Source: Cladosporium halotolerans (Eukaryota). From it: a stretch of 64,000 bases of DNA. Positions 35,277 through 46,554 of the stretch are shown here, piece by piece. The notes below the pieces were generated by a model that saw only the letters and a program-made list of their open reading frames with translations, made no database searches and was not told where the DNA came from. A program made the position numbers and the translations under genes. The stretch's first letter is position 1. Every line of letters begins with the position of its first letter. The stretch is taken from assembly GCF_011745625.1 (NCBI RefSeq), contig NW_027191475.1, positions 62,001 through 126,000 on the forward strand, written 5' to 3'.

Positions 35277-36254
35277 CTACCTCCTCTTGTCAAGGCCCGC
35301 CTGCTTGCGCTGCTTCCTGTCGCCCTCGGCCAGCCACTTGCTGGCCTCCCACAGCTGCACGCCATTGACGTACTGCTTAAAGATCATCACTGGCGCGCTG
35401 ATGATGACCAGAGCCCAGGGGACGCTGCTGTCCATCTTGTTTGCGCGAGCCATTTCCATGGCCGCGGCGGAGAAGGGGGAGGAGAAGAACATGGACGGCT
35501 TGGGCGAGGCTGGCGAGCCGGGGAGGAGGGAGAGAGGCTCCGTGGCGTTGCCGTTGGTGGGGAGCAGAGCGGGCGTGATGATCGGCGAGGAGAAGCAGAG
35601 GAGGTAGAGGGCGATGAAGAAGAGCTCGTTAAGCGCGCATGCGACGAAGAGCACCCACTGTTGTGGCATGTTAGTACTGCGCCTCGAACGCCGAGATCTT
35701 GGGGAAACAAACCTTGTTGGTATAGTAAAGGTGCATGATGCGGCTCCTGCTCGCGGAGACGTTCTTGTGGCTCTCGCCTTGGCCGCCCATGACCAGGGTC
35801 GCGTACATGTGCATGTAGTGGCTGGCGAAGTCCAAGCTGATCAAGCCCTGGAAGATCATCGAGTATGCGGGTTTGGCGGTGGAGAGGAAGACGAGCAAGC
35901 AGGCAGTGGTGCAGCGGTCTGTAACCATGTCCAGGACCGCGCCGAAACGGGTAGACTGGTTGAATTTGCGCGCAGCAAGGCCATCAAGCGCATCGAGGAG
36001 GCAGCTGATCGAGTAGAGGAAGCTGCAACGGCGTGGGTGAAGAGGCATGAAGTACAGAGAGCAGAGGGCTAGCACGATGCGAAGATAGCCTGATTGAACT
36101 GGTTAGCAGGACGCCGTGCCTTTGCGGTGCGGTTGCTCATACCAATCAAGTTCGGCACAAAAAGGAAGATATTCTCGTCTGTTTGATCGTCTGCCTGACG
36201 AGCGGGCTCTTTGGGCGCGCCATTGCTTTGCTTGACCCTTCTGTCGGCTGCCAT
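35277..36254 (-). CDS. PIS1: Phosphatidylinositol synthase (CDP-alcohol phosphatidyltransferase)
   Basis: Introns 36142..36090 and 35712..35658; ENIFLFVPNLIGYLR, DALDGLAARKFNQSTRFGAVLDMVTDR signature, SHYMHMY. Confidence 0.95.
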
Positions 36255-36913
36255 TGTTGCTGCCTGTGACGGCACTGTGTGCGAGCGAGTTCCACGAGGC
36301 TCTTGACGGAGTGGATTGAATTGTTGCCCGGTCCTTCAACGTGAGTGATACCACAGCGTGGTGTCCGTCAATCGGTTTGCAAGTGTTCGTGCGACAGAAG
36401 TCTCTTGTGCCTAGTCTGGAGAAATCGGCTGGAGGCGGATCTGGCGGCTTGTGCTGGCAGCGGGGGATTCGATGACGGAGGATTGCCAGGTATAGTAGCT
36501 GTGGTGTCGCGCAGTATCACGGGGCACGTCCGGTCTGGTCAAAGAGAGAAGACGGTGGGAGTGAGGGTTGAATAGCAGTGTGAAAGCGTTCAAACCCCCC
36601 TCAGCAACGACTGACAATTCTTGGGGGATCAGGGAGCGCGCGGAAGCAAACGGGCGCGCCGATCCCTGATCGCCGCTCGTTCAGCCCTGACGCACGCACG
36701 CAACGCCGTACGTGGAAAGCAAAGTGACATGGTACCTTGATGTTTTCTTCCCAGGTGCTGTATTGTCGCACACCGGATGTCTGTCTAATGCATGACAGAG
36801 CTCAGACATGGCTCTAGGTGTGATGAGACTTTGTTGAATCAGAGCAGCAGTGTAATAGACAAACACGCGTTGTAGGGGTATCTTTAACGATCAAACAAGC
36901 AGAAAGAAGTCCA

Positions 36914-37966
36914 TCATCCCTTCAGCCTCGCCGCCCTCCTAGCCTCCTCATTCGCGCCAGCAACGCGATCCAGGAATTGCTCTCTTGCCATGAACCCGCC
37001 TTTGCTCTTTCCATAGACATCCAACTCCTCCGCGATGCCCTGATCCGCCACGAAACCCTTCCAATCCACTGCACTCTTCTGCACGGTGCTCATGCGCTCC
37101 GCTTTCTTCTTCTTTTCTTCCGCGGCCCGACGCTCTGCCATCAGTACATCGAGCCTGCCTGGGGCGCGTGGCCGAAGCTTGTCAGAGCTTACGCCGCGCA
37201 CAATGGCCGTAGGGTTTGGCTCGAAGATGGACGGGCGCTTTAGTGGGCGCTGCAGCTCGCTGTCAGAAGTGGTGCCTTGCTGGCCCGAAGCCGCAGAACG
37301 CGATTTGGCGTTCTCTGGATCCGCCTCGGGGTGCTCAGCCAAGTATGCTTGAGCGGCTGGCGAGGACTTGAGGACTTCCTCCTCGACCTCTGTGATCTCG
37401 CCGGCGAACGCGATCCGGCGCTTGATGCGAATGAGCTGGTCGGACGGCTGGACAAGCTCTCCCGTAGCCCCATCTTTAGTGCCTGATTGCTCGCCTTCAG
37501 CGGGCGGCGGAGTGTCGTGTCTGCCCACTGGGACGGCGTGCAGACGCGCCCAGAGGTCTTCAACATCGACAGTCACCTCTCCCCTGTCTGCACGCTTGCG
37601 CTCTTTTCTCTCCGCCTTCTCTACGAGTCGCTGCGCTCGCGTTTTGATAAGCCCGCCCTCGCCGCCGCTGTCCTCGTCCTGGTCTTTGCCCTTTCGACGC
37701 TTGCGCTTGCGCTCTTTGATCGTGGCCTCATCGCCAGAGTCTAGCTCTTCATCCGCGGGGACCGGGGCTTTTCGTTTCGCAGATTTGCTTTTAGGTTTCT
37801 TCGCAGTTACGGTTGTTCCATCGCCGTCGGAGTCGGAGTCGGAAGTGGCAGAAACGTCCTCGTCCGCGGCGGGGGCGAGGTCCGGGTTGAAGTCCTCGTC
37901 TTCATTGGAATCATAGTCTTCGTCCTCCTGAGGTTCTGATGCGGGTTTCTTGTCCTTAGCCGCCAT
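36914..37966 (-). CDS. SWC5: SWR1-complex subunit Swc5 (acidic N-terminus, C-terminal BCNT domain)
   Basis: DYDSNEDEDFNP, GGLIKTRAQR, FAGEITEVE, TVQKSAVDWKGFV...GFMAREQFL. Confidence 0.9.
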   Translation of the reverse strand: MAAKDKKPASEPQEDEDYDSNEDEDFNPDLAPAADEDVSATSDSDSDGDGTTVTAKKPKSKSAKRKAPVPADEELDSGDEATIKERKRKRRKGKDQDEDSGGEGGLIKTRAQRLVEKAERKERKRADRGEVTVDVEDLWARLHAVPVGRHDTPPPAEGEQSGTKDGATGELVQPSDQLIRIKRRIAFAGEITEVEEEVLKSSPAAQAYLAEHPEADPENAKSRSAASGQQGTTSDSELQRPLKRPSIFEPNPTAIVRGVSSDKLRPRAPGRLDVLMAERRAAEEKKKKAERMSTVQKSAVDWKGFVADQGIAEELDVYGKSKGGFMAREQFLDRVAGANEEARRAARLKG

Positions 37967-38335
37967 GTTGTAGAGAGGCCAGGAGGGGAATCGAGTTGGT
38001 TGCCAATGGATCGCGGAAGGAAGGTTGAGAGAAGAGAGGTAGATGGTGGGCAAGCGGAACGCGCCCCGCGGTTCGAGGACGCGGCTTCGCGTGGCCGACA
38101 GCCCATGACGAACATCCCATCTGTAGCTATGGAGTTACATCACCCTTATTCTCCTATCACGGACACACTATTCAAAGTACTTGAAAACTCGAATTTGAGT
38201 GATTCGGATATCAGAACATTATGGCGAAAGGTGGCAGCTTCTGCTCCCTCAGATCCATTGCAAATAATAACTCAAGTGACGGTTGATTCGCAGCGACTGG
38301 TTCTCATAACATCATATCTAAACCATCAATCCCGT

Positions 38336-38808
38336 TCACTTCTTCTCGCCACCGAGCTTGTCCTGCACCATCCCGCCAATGCTTCCACCCTGAGTGAAGT
38401 TCTTTCCAATCGCGCCATCAGCCGACAGGGGCCCGCCAACCTTCTCTGCCATCCCGCCGACAGCACCATCTTTGGTGAATGCACCGCCAACAGCACCCTT
38501 TGCGTCGAAGACCGAAGGGCCCTGGTTCGTGTCCATGGTCTTTGTGCCGGGCTCTTTGGAGCCGACAAGGCCACCCTGTAGAGATGAAGGTCAGTAAGCG
38601 TACGGAGCTGCGACTGCGAGGGGTCGGGGCCTGTAACATACCCTGCCCGTGACGTCGGCCTTTGCGTCCTCGTAGATGCCGGAGGTGAATTCGGTGTCCT
38701 TGGTTGCTCTGCAACCGTATTAGAATGTACATTTGACGATAGAATGCTTGGGAGCACTCACGCGGAGGCACCGCGCTCAAGGGCCTTGTTCGATGTGTCG
38801 CCGTCCAT
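38336..38808 (-). CDS. Small glycine-rich hydrophilic protein, 117 aa, with internal repeat
   Basis: Three exons 38808-38762, 38708-38642, 38575-38336 with canonical GT/AG and consistent phase; repeat GAVGGAFTKDGAVGGMA / GAIGKNFTQGGSIGGMV. Confidence 0.8.
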
Positions 38809-41267
38809 GATGATGATTGAAAGTGAGTGGTAATGTATGCAGAGAGCGCTTATGTCGGTGCAAGACTACAATATCTTTTTAATAGGTTGCGACTGATACC
38901 TGTAGCCCAATCCCAGTAGATTGATGATGCCTCCATAAGGTATCTCGTACATCATCCATCGTCAATCCATCGTCGGCGTCATGTTGCGTCATGAGTCGAT
39001 GTTTATCTCTGCCTTTACGGGCCAGGGTGTCTTACTGGAAACCATGGGTTTGTGCTTGACGATTACGTAGAAATGCCTTTGCGATGATCCACGATGAGGT
39101 TCAGTGGCGGTAATTGCTGTTGCATGGCTTGGTGACCGCTGTTCACGATCGAATCACACCAGCCAAAGTGGGCTTCTGCACCACGAACGTGCATGCTCAG
39201 AGCACTCATATTCAGCCTGCGATTTCTTAGTTGCTCGATGGTTTCTTTCTCACTGATACAGAGATCGGTGAGATAATAGACTGCTAAGTGGCTGTAGTAA
39301 ACGGAGGTCTGGACGAAACAAGTGTACCTATCTGTCGTTGTCGTATTTCAGGGCCACTGATGAACCTCGGAAGTCCTCCACCGATTGATTGTTTTGAGAA
39401 CTCGGAGCCAACCAGCTCGCTGGATATAAACTTCTTTGTGGAGGTTTAAGGGACAATGCAGTAACCTAAGTCTTTTCGCATCCTTGGGAGGGGATGTGGG
39501 AAAGGGATGTTTCTACGAAACCATAAAATTAGTCAAGCCGTTCAAACGTTGTAGTAGCCTTCAACAACGCCCGGGTCCAGAAACTGGGGTCCAAGTACAA
39601 AGATCTTGAGAAGACGGTAGAACAATTACTTCCTCCACAATGTCAGAGAAGCAACTATCGCTGCATACTGTAGCATGGCTGACTTCGCGCTGAAGTGAAT
39701 GCTGGTGAGCCCGTGAACGACCCGGCTGCCCGGACTGCGTACGCCATTGCCGAAGCCACTTTTGCCTCTTCCAGTATGCGAACATCTGAGGCTGAATGAC
39801 AGCACCATGTAATTTCCACACGCGTATCTATATTTTCACATTAGCATTACCGATACTCACACTGCGCAGAAGCCACAAGACGGCAATTCCCAATACCAGA
39901 GATGAAGGAACAAGCAACATGACGTCTTCAAACTCCACAGCAACTTGAATTCAGACTCCCTTCAACTGTCACGATGCGCGTCTTTGCGGAGCATCGCTTG
40001 CCCAACGATCCAAGCCCTGGATGCCGGAGAAGAAGCCGAGTGCATCACGCCCAAAGCGGCAAATCCACAGACTAGAGACTAAGCGCAGACCAACTGCGCG
40101 ATCTCATCAGTCTCCGGATCGCGAATTGCATTAGTGTGGTACGCTAGGGAAAAGCGTGGCTTTGTGAGGAATGGAGGACCAATGAAGGCCACGTGCGCTG
40201 CGTGTTTGCCATGTGCAGGCTGAAGATTGTCCGGATGTGCGAGTGGTTGGCGACAGACGCGATTCAAGAATTGCAGTGACGGCAATGGTACAGGTATCAT
40301 GCCTGAGAAGATATTCTGCGACGGATCGCAGATGATCAATCGCAAACGTTCCTCTCCCCTGGACCCGGCACAAACAAGCGTCCGAGAAGCAGCGATCATT
40401 GGCTGGGTCCCTGCCAATTGCGGCGCCCATCGGGACGATTGCCGAACGCACATCGCTACGGAACGTTGATATCGTCAGGGAGTATTTGGAGCTTCTGGAG
40501 GCTGATGTGTTGCAATGAGGGGCCGGCGTGCTGGAGTGGGTGTCAGCTGAGCGGGTTTTGGCTGGAAGAGAGTGTGGTCCTGCGCAAGGCGACCCAGCTG
40601 CAGGTTTCGTCAAGGCCACTGGGCGTTTCTTCAGGTTTCGCGCAGCGAATCGTGTGACGATACGAGAGGGACTGACTTTCACGCCATGGCCAACCACTAC
40701 AACCCGTACCAAACGTCTCTCGCCCTAGTACCTCACTACCTCGCCCACCGCCCGCGTGTGCCCTGATGATTTGCGTCCGGGCAGGTGTTGGAACATCCTG
40801 TTCAGGAATGAACTTACGGTGTGCGGGAGCCAGCAACGTTCAGCTTGCTCTGTGCAAACCTCAGCTTACGCCTTTTGCCATCTCCCACCGTATCTCCCTC
40901 CTCACTTCTCGACTTGTCTCTTTCTAGCCCGCTAAGAGAACTCGCGCATCCTCCTGCACTCCAGCTGCGGAACACCACGCCGCGTCCGGCCTGTCCACCC
41001 ACCCACTCCCCACCTTCAGCTTCGCTCATCTCCCGATCCACCGCCTCAGGGTTGTTTCGAAGCCACGCAGCCCTCCTTCGGCCCAAGCCTTAACCTTACT
41101 CTGCCCGATCTTCGGTAGTAGTCGCTTCACATCACTCGAGTCCGCGAATAAGGTTCATCCAATCGCGGAAACCCTGCTGCATATCCTCGCCGTTTCAAAT
41201 CGTCTGTCGCAATACCTAGTCTGCGCCCGCCCTCCACTTCCGGGGACGGGGCTCTCCTCTTGACTTG

Positions 41268-42997
41268 ATGCCCCATTCGACCAATACTTCCACCCACACA
41301 CGAAGAAACGGCTCGCTCCAACTGTCACTCAAAACATCTTTCGCAACAACACCCACCGGATCCAGTTTGGTTGGCTCGCTGAAAGGAAGATCGGCTCCTG
41401 TTCGGGTCAAGCCTAGGCCAAGATCAATACCTGGGAATTGGGACAACCTGTTGGGAGCATCGCCGAATCATAGCAATAATTCGTCGCGACGGTCCAGTGT
41501 GCATGCTGCCGACGCATTGGCGAACCAAGTCGCACCGAGCGACCGCCAAGACAGCCATCAACATCTCACACCTCACGCAATGGGAGGCAACAGAACCAGC
41601 CTGAGCATGAATGGAGGGCTTGATCACAAGCGGAGAACGATGAGCTATGAGGAGCAATATCAATATAAGGATAATGTGTATGGAAGCGCAAGGGAGAGAG
41701 TACACCGAGAGTCGCCCGTTCTAGCAGAGCTTCGGACGAACGTTATTGTAAGCATTGCGATCAAGACCCACGCAATGGACTTGCTGACCGTTTAATTCTC
41801 CAGATCAAAGACGAGTTCACTCTGGTGACCGACATGTCCTACCACATGGCTGCAAGGTATTCGCGTCCGGATTCATCGATCATGATCAATGTCGATCACA
41901 GTTCCTGTCTGGCTCTTGGCGGGACTTTCGAGCCATGTTATATCCTCACGATCTCCACTGTACCCTCACAAATGCAAGCGACGACCAACAAGCGCAATGC
42001 AGCGCTGATCCAGTCATTCATGACCGACATCTTGAGTGTACCTCCCGAGCGCGGAATCGTAAAGTTTGTGCCCATCCCGGAAGAGAATTATGCATTCAAT
42101 GGGAACACTCTATTTGGCGAGATCGAGCGCCTTGAACAGCAGCAACTCGGCAACGGCGGCGTCAAGAGAGCGATCACTGACGTCCGCAAGAGCATGCCAG
42201 CCTTCAAACGAAGTCTGCCCAAAATCGACGCCGACTTCGCCAAGAATTCCGATCAGACAAATGGCATTAACGGCAACCACGAACACACGTCGAACGGCCT
42301 CACTCCCGCGCCCCTCAGCCCCAACTCCCACATCCCAGACGTCTTCGAGCTGGCCTCACCCAAAGACGAAGAACGCCCCTCCACCGCGCACGCCAGCCCT
42401 TCCAACAACAGCTTCGCCGCCCTGAACGGTCTGCGCCTCAACGGCGTCACAAAAGATGACATCTCCGGCCCAACCTCGAAAACCTCCTTCGGCCGCCCCA
42501 AAACCATAGCCGGCGGCCCCGTCTGGGCGAGCTCCGAGCGCTTCGACCTGATCCCGCGCCGCGGCAGCAGCGGCAACAACAACAACGACGATGCAGCGCC
42601 TTCGCCTATCATAAAACCGGACGCGAAGCAGGCCGCCAAAAGGCAGGACTCCCCGCGAAAGTCCCCTCTACCTCCGCGATCCGCCTCCAGCACGCCAGTG
42701 CAGAAGCCCGCGCCGCTCAACACTTCCAACGCAGACAAGACGAAGCCCGCGTACCTCGAAAACGCCTCGCCCAAACCTGCGCTGGTCAAGAACCACTCGC
42801 GCAAGGACTCGCGGTCGCCGGAAGCGCTGCCGCAGTCACAGCCGCAGGACGACGGCACGGCGGCTAATACGGCGAAGCGGAGGTCGAATGCGAATGTCAC
42901 GGCTGTGCCGAAGGTGCCGCCTCCGCCGCCTGTGCCGGAGTCGAAGACGGCGAAGGTTAGTAAGCGGAAGAGCTTTCTGGCGGCGTTTAAGCGATGA
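41268..42997 (+). CDS. MIF/tautomerase-fold domain protein with long disordered flanks
   Basis: Intron 41748..41803 joins ELRTNVI to IKDEFTLVTDMSYHMAARYSRPDSSIMI...LGGTFEPCYIL..TTNKRNAALIQ; start codon less certain. Confidence 0.75.
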
Positions 42998-43334
42998 GCA
43001 TCATCTGCAAGGAAGAGGAGGGATGTTCGAAGCCTTGATTGATGCTTAGGGTTCTGTTGCGTTTGTTTTGATATGTCGACCAGCGATACCCTGGAGGAAG
43101 TGTGCTACTTGCTTACAGAAAGAGGAAGAAGAGGGAAGCTCAAGTTCGATCCCTGGGCAGATAACAGAAAAAGGCTTACCGAATAAAGAGATTACCAGCA
43201 CCTCGAAGATAACCGAAGACAACCCCGTCAATTTGTCCGTATTCCTGTGGCAACCGAATATCCTATCAAAAGGCCTCAACCCTCTCCTCTTCAAACACCT
43301 ACTCTTCGTCCCGGGACCAACCCTATCACAATCC

Positions 43335-44098
43335 TCACTCCTTCCCCCTAACAGAAACCCCCTCCACACTCCCCAACTCCACCATCTTCTCGCCATCATC
43401 CTCCGCCCCAGCCCTCAACCCACCCTCCACCCCTCGCAGCGCCATAACCGCCACCCCGCAAATCACAAAGTGCACAACCAACATCCCCAGCGGCGCATAC
43501 GCCGCGAACCGCTGTCATCACAAGCAAGTCAGCACATACCATGCCCTCAGAAAAGAGGAATATCTTACGCTCTCCCCACAAACCCGCCCAAACCCCCCCG
43601 GCACCTCTCCCGAGCCCAGCTCCCCGCTCGCCACCCACCCGCACGTCCAGCTCTGCAGCGTATCCCGCCCCGGCGCGCGGCCGTTCAGCACGAGCGGCAG
43701 AATCGCCGCTGGGAGGGCGAGGAGAGCGCTGAGAGCGCTGCTTGCTAACACGGTCCTTAGAGCCGTCTTCTGAGCCTGGCGTCCGTTGCGTCAGCTTTCT
43801 TCACCTCATCTACCCAGGAGAAGGAGGGGAGGGATGGGCGAGGCACCTTTTTGATCCAGAGGAGGAGGACGGCGAGCGCGGCGCCATCGAGGACGAGGAT
43901 CGCGGCGCTGGCTGCGACGACTAGGTGCAGGCCGCGGAGGTCGAAGTGCCCGCGCCAGAGGGGCAGGAGCCAGGGGTTGTGGGGTTGTTGGGCGTTGAAG
44001 AGGGCTAGGGTGCGGGAGGCGGTTGCGAGGGTTGAGAGGGTGAGGAGGAGGGAGAGGGGCAGGAGGGCTAGGAGGGTTGTTGGGAGGGTGGGAGGCAT
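43335..44098 (-). CDS. Hypothetical membrane protein with about 4 TM segments (MARVEL-like layout)
   Basis: Exons 44098-43847, 43775-43569, 43511-43335 in consistent phase; WLLPLWRGHFD, DTLQSWTCGW, FGRVCGESRFA. Confidence 0.7.
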
Positions 44099-45402
44099 TG
44101 TTGTTGTTCGTCGGTGGGAGAGTCGAGAGGGAGATGGTGGTGAAGATGGAGATGGTCTGTCGACTGGCGGAACGAACGACAGGCAGGGCCCTTCCTTGCA
44201 ATACAAAAGACCCTGGGTCGCGGTTCAGGCCTACCTTATAAGTGGCATCCCCCTTACACCATCCACAATACCTATCAATCAATCCACCAACAATCACTCT
44301 CGCCCTACGCGCCCAAGGCCTAAACAACCCTCCACTAAACCTCCACTAACACCCTACCCACCCCTCAATCCAACACCCAGCACTCCCTCTCAATGGTCCA
44401 ATACTAACACAGCTCGTCGCACGGCGCTTGCATGCAGTACAAACCAAGCACACTGCACGCAAAGCTTACCTGTCGTCGGCGGTTGACGGCTTCGGACGTT
44501 GATTGGCTGCTTGGGGAAGCCGGGCGCTTGGGGAGGATGGAGGTGGCCAGTCGTGACACCGCAATCGTGGTGGCGGTTGGTTTGACAGGGACTGTGGGTG
44601 TCTGCATGAGACAGGGAGTGAGCGTGGGTATATGGTTAGGGATGCTGGCTGGGTTCCGTCATGGGATAGTGGTTGGGTGCTTGTGAGTGAGCACACATGT
44701 CCAACACCACCACCACATGGCCTTCGCAGGTACCAACACGTACGCTGCGGACTCATTAACAGAGCACACACATCTGAAACCAACGAACAACGAACAATTG
44801 ATAAGTAACTTTCTCCCGTTCAAATAACTCATCCGATCTATATCACCCATCCTATCTCGCGCCTGTAAATTCCCAGTCTATCGTACAAAGATTCCCCATC
44901 CAATAAACCCAAAGGCCGTGTGTCCCATTATCCCCCCCATGCCATACGAAAAAAAGCAGATCTAGAAGGTGAGGAAATGAAGAAGGAATAAAGCGAGGAA
45001 AATCCCAACGCAGTCTAGAGTGTATAGCCTGGGTATCTCTCGTTCGGAAATGAAGGAGAAACGAAGAAAGAAGGAATCGCTAGAACGCTGTTGTCATCAA
45101 GAATATAAAGGCAGAAAAGGGGTTCCGATCCGGTCTCCGTTCCTCTCGAGAGGGAGAGGGAGAAGGGAAAGGAAAAAGAAGGTCGCTAAAGCGCAGCGAG
45201 GTAAATGGCAAGGCGTAGCAATGCTCCCCAGATTAAAAAAAAAGGTAACGCCGGGTGAATGATGCCGACACCGAAATGACTCCTGTTGATCGTTGCTTTC
45301 GGCGGATGAAATTGGTGGATGGGGTGGTTGGTGGCTGTGCTGTTGTTCGTGTCGTGCGTGATGTGATGGATGAAAGGCTGTGCCAGGAGTTGGCCGCAAC
45401 GC

Positions 45403-46554
45403 TTAGAAGGTGCTCCAGACCATGCCGCCCTCGGAGCGGGCCATGCTGCCGACGACCATGCTGGGGTCATTCTTGACGTGCTGGGGGATGGGCATGCCGG
45501 GCTTGGCAGTGCCGTTGGAGAACGAGCTGGTCATGGAGCCCGCGAGGCTGGACGTGCGCGAATGGCGGAGCTTCTTGATCGTGCGCCAGGCGCTGAAGCA
45601 GGCGTCGCAGGCTTTGCTCTCGGTGCCGTTGGGGTTGTAGCGGGCGTTGTGGTCGAGAGGCACGGTGCGGGTGAGGTGAGGGGCGCAGACGACGTCGCCG
45701 CAGCGACGGCAGTGGTGCTTGCGGAAGTACCATGTGAAGGCGGATTGGCAGATGGAGCAAGCGTCGGCAGACTCATTGGGCTGTGAGTGACGATGTTAGT
45801 GGGCGCTCATTATGCGATCAATGTGTTGTGCAAGGGCGCGTGCGCGTGTTGCTTGGGGGCGCCCGCTGTGTGCGCCCGTGGGCCCATGATGAGCGCGATC
45901 GCGTGACATATGGCGTGCTTGTCGCAACAACGCGTATATAAACGCGACATCGCTCGCTTCGCACACCAGGTCCTTGGATCGCAACTCTTCCATGTTTGAT
46001 CGAACGCTGCGTCGACCGAACCCAAGCACCCGGTTCGCGGAAACATGAAACGCGCTGGGGTCGGAAACAAAACGAAAAAAGACTCAACGTACCTTCCAGT
46101 GCGCCGTCGTAGGCGGTCCCATCACGTCTCCGTATTCCTCGTCAAGACCCTCGCTGGCCGCTCTGCTGAGGCCCTTGCGAAGCAGATCCAAGTCCGACTC
46201 CTGGGCAGAGACGTCGGGCGCGGCTTGCACGCCGAATCCAGAATAGCCGCTGTCGAAGCTGCTCTGTTTGCTGGACGGGGGAGTGTCAGGCGCACGCGGG
46301 CCAGGAATGTCCTTTGCTCTTGAGTTCTCGGTAGGGCGAAGGCATGCTGGTGTGTAGAGAGGCTGCTTCTGCGGGCGCAATTGGCGGACGTGAAGGTGAG
46401 AGTGATAGCTTGTGGGCGACTGATTCGCGGAGGGAGGAGTCTGAGGCGACGCGTTGCTGGGGAAGTATGATTGAGGAGGCGAAGGAGTCGTTCTTGCGCC
46501 CATGGTGTAAGGTGTTGTATTGCTCGCGTGTTGAGGGAAGGCGGTCGCCATCAT
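45403..46554 (-). CDS. FYVE zinc-finger protein, Pib2-like
   Basis: Intron 46092..45781; HWKPNESADACSIC...FRKHHCRRCGDVVC...ACDAC FYVE; LYTPACLRPT and C-terminal WSTF* resemble the Pib2 E and tail motifs. Confidence 0.82.
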
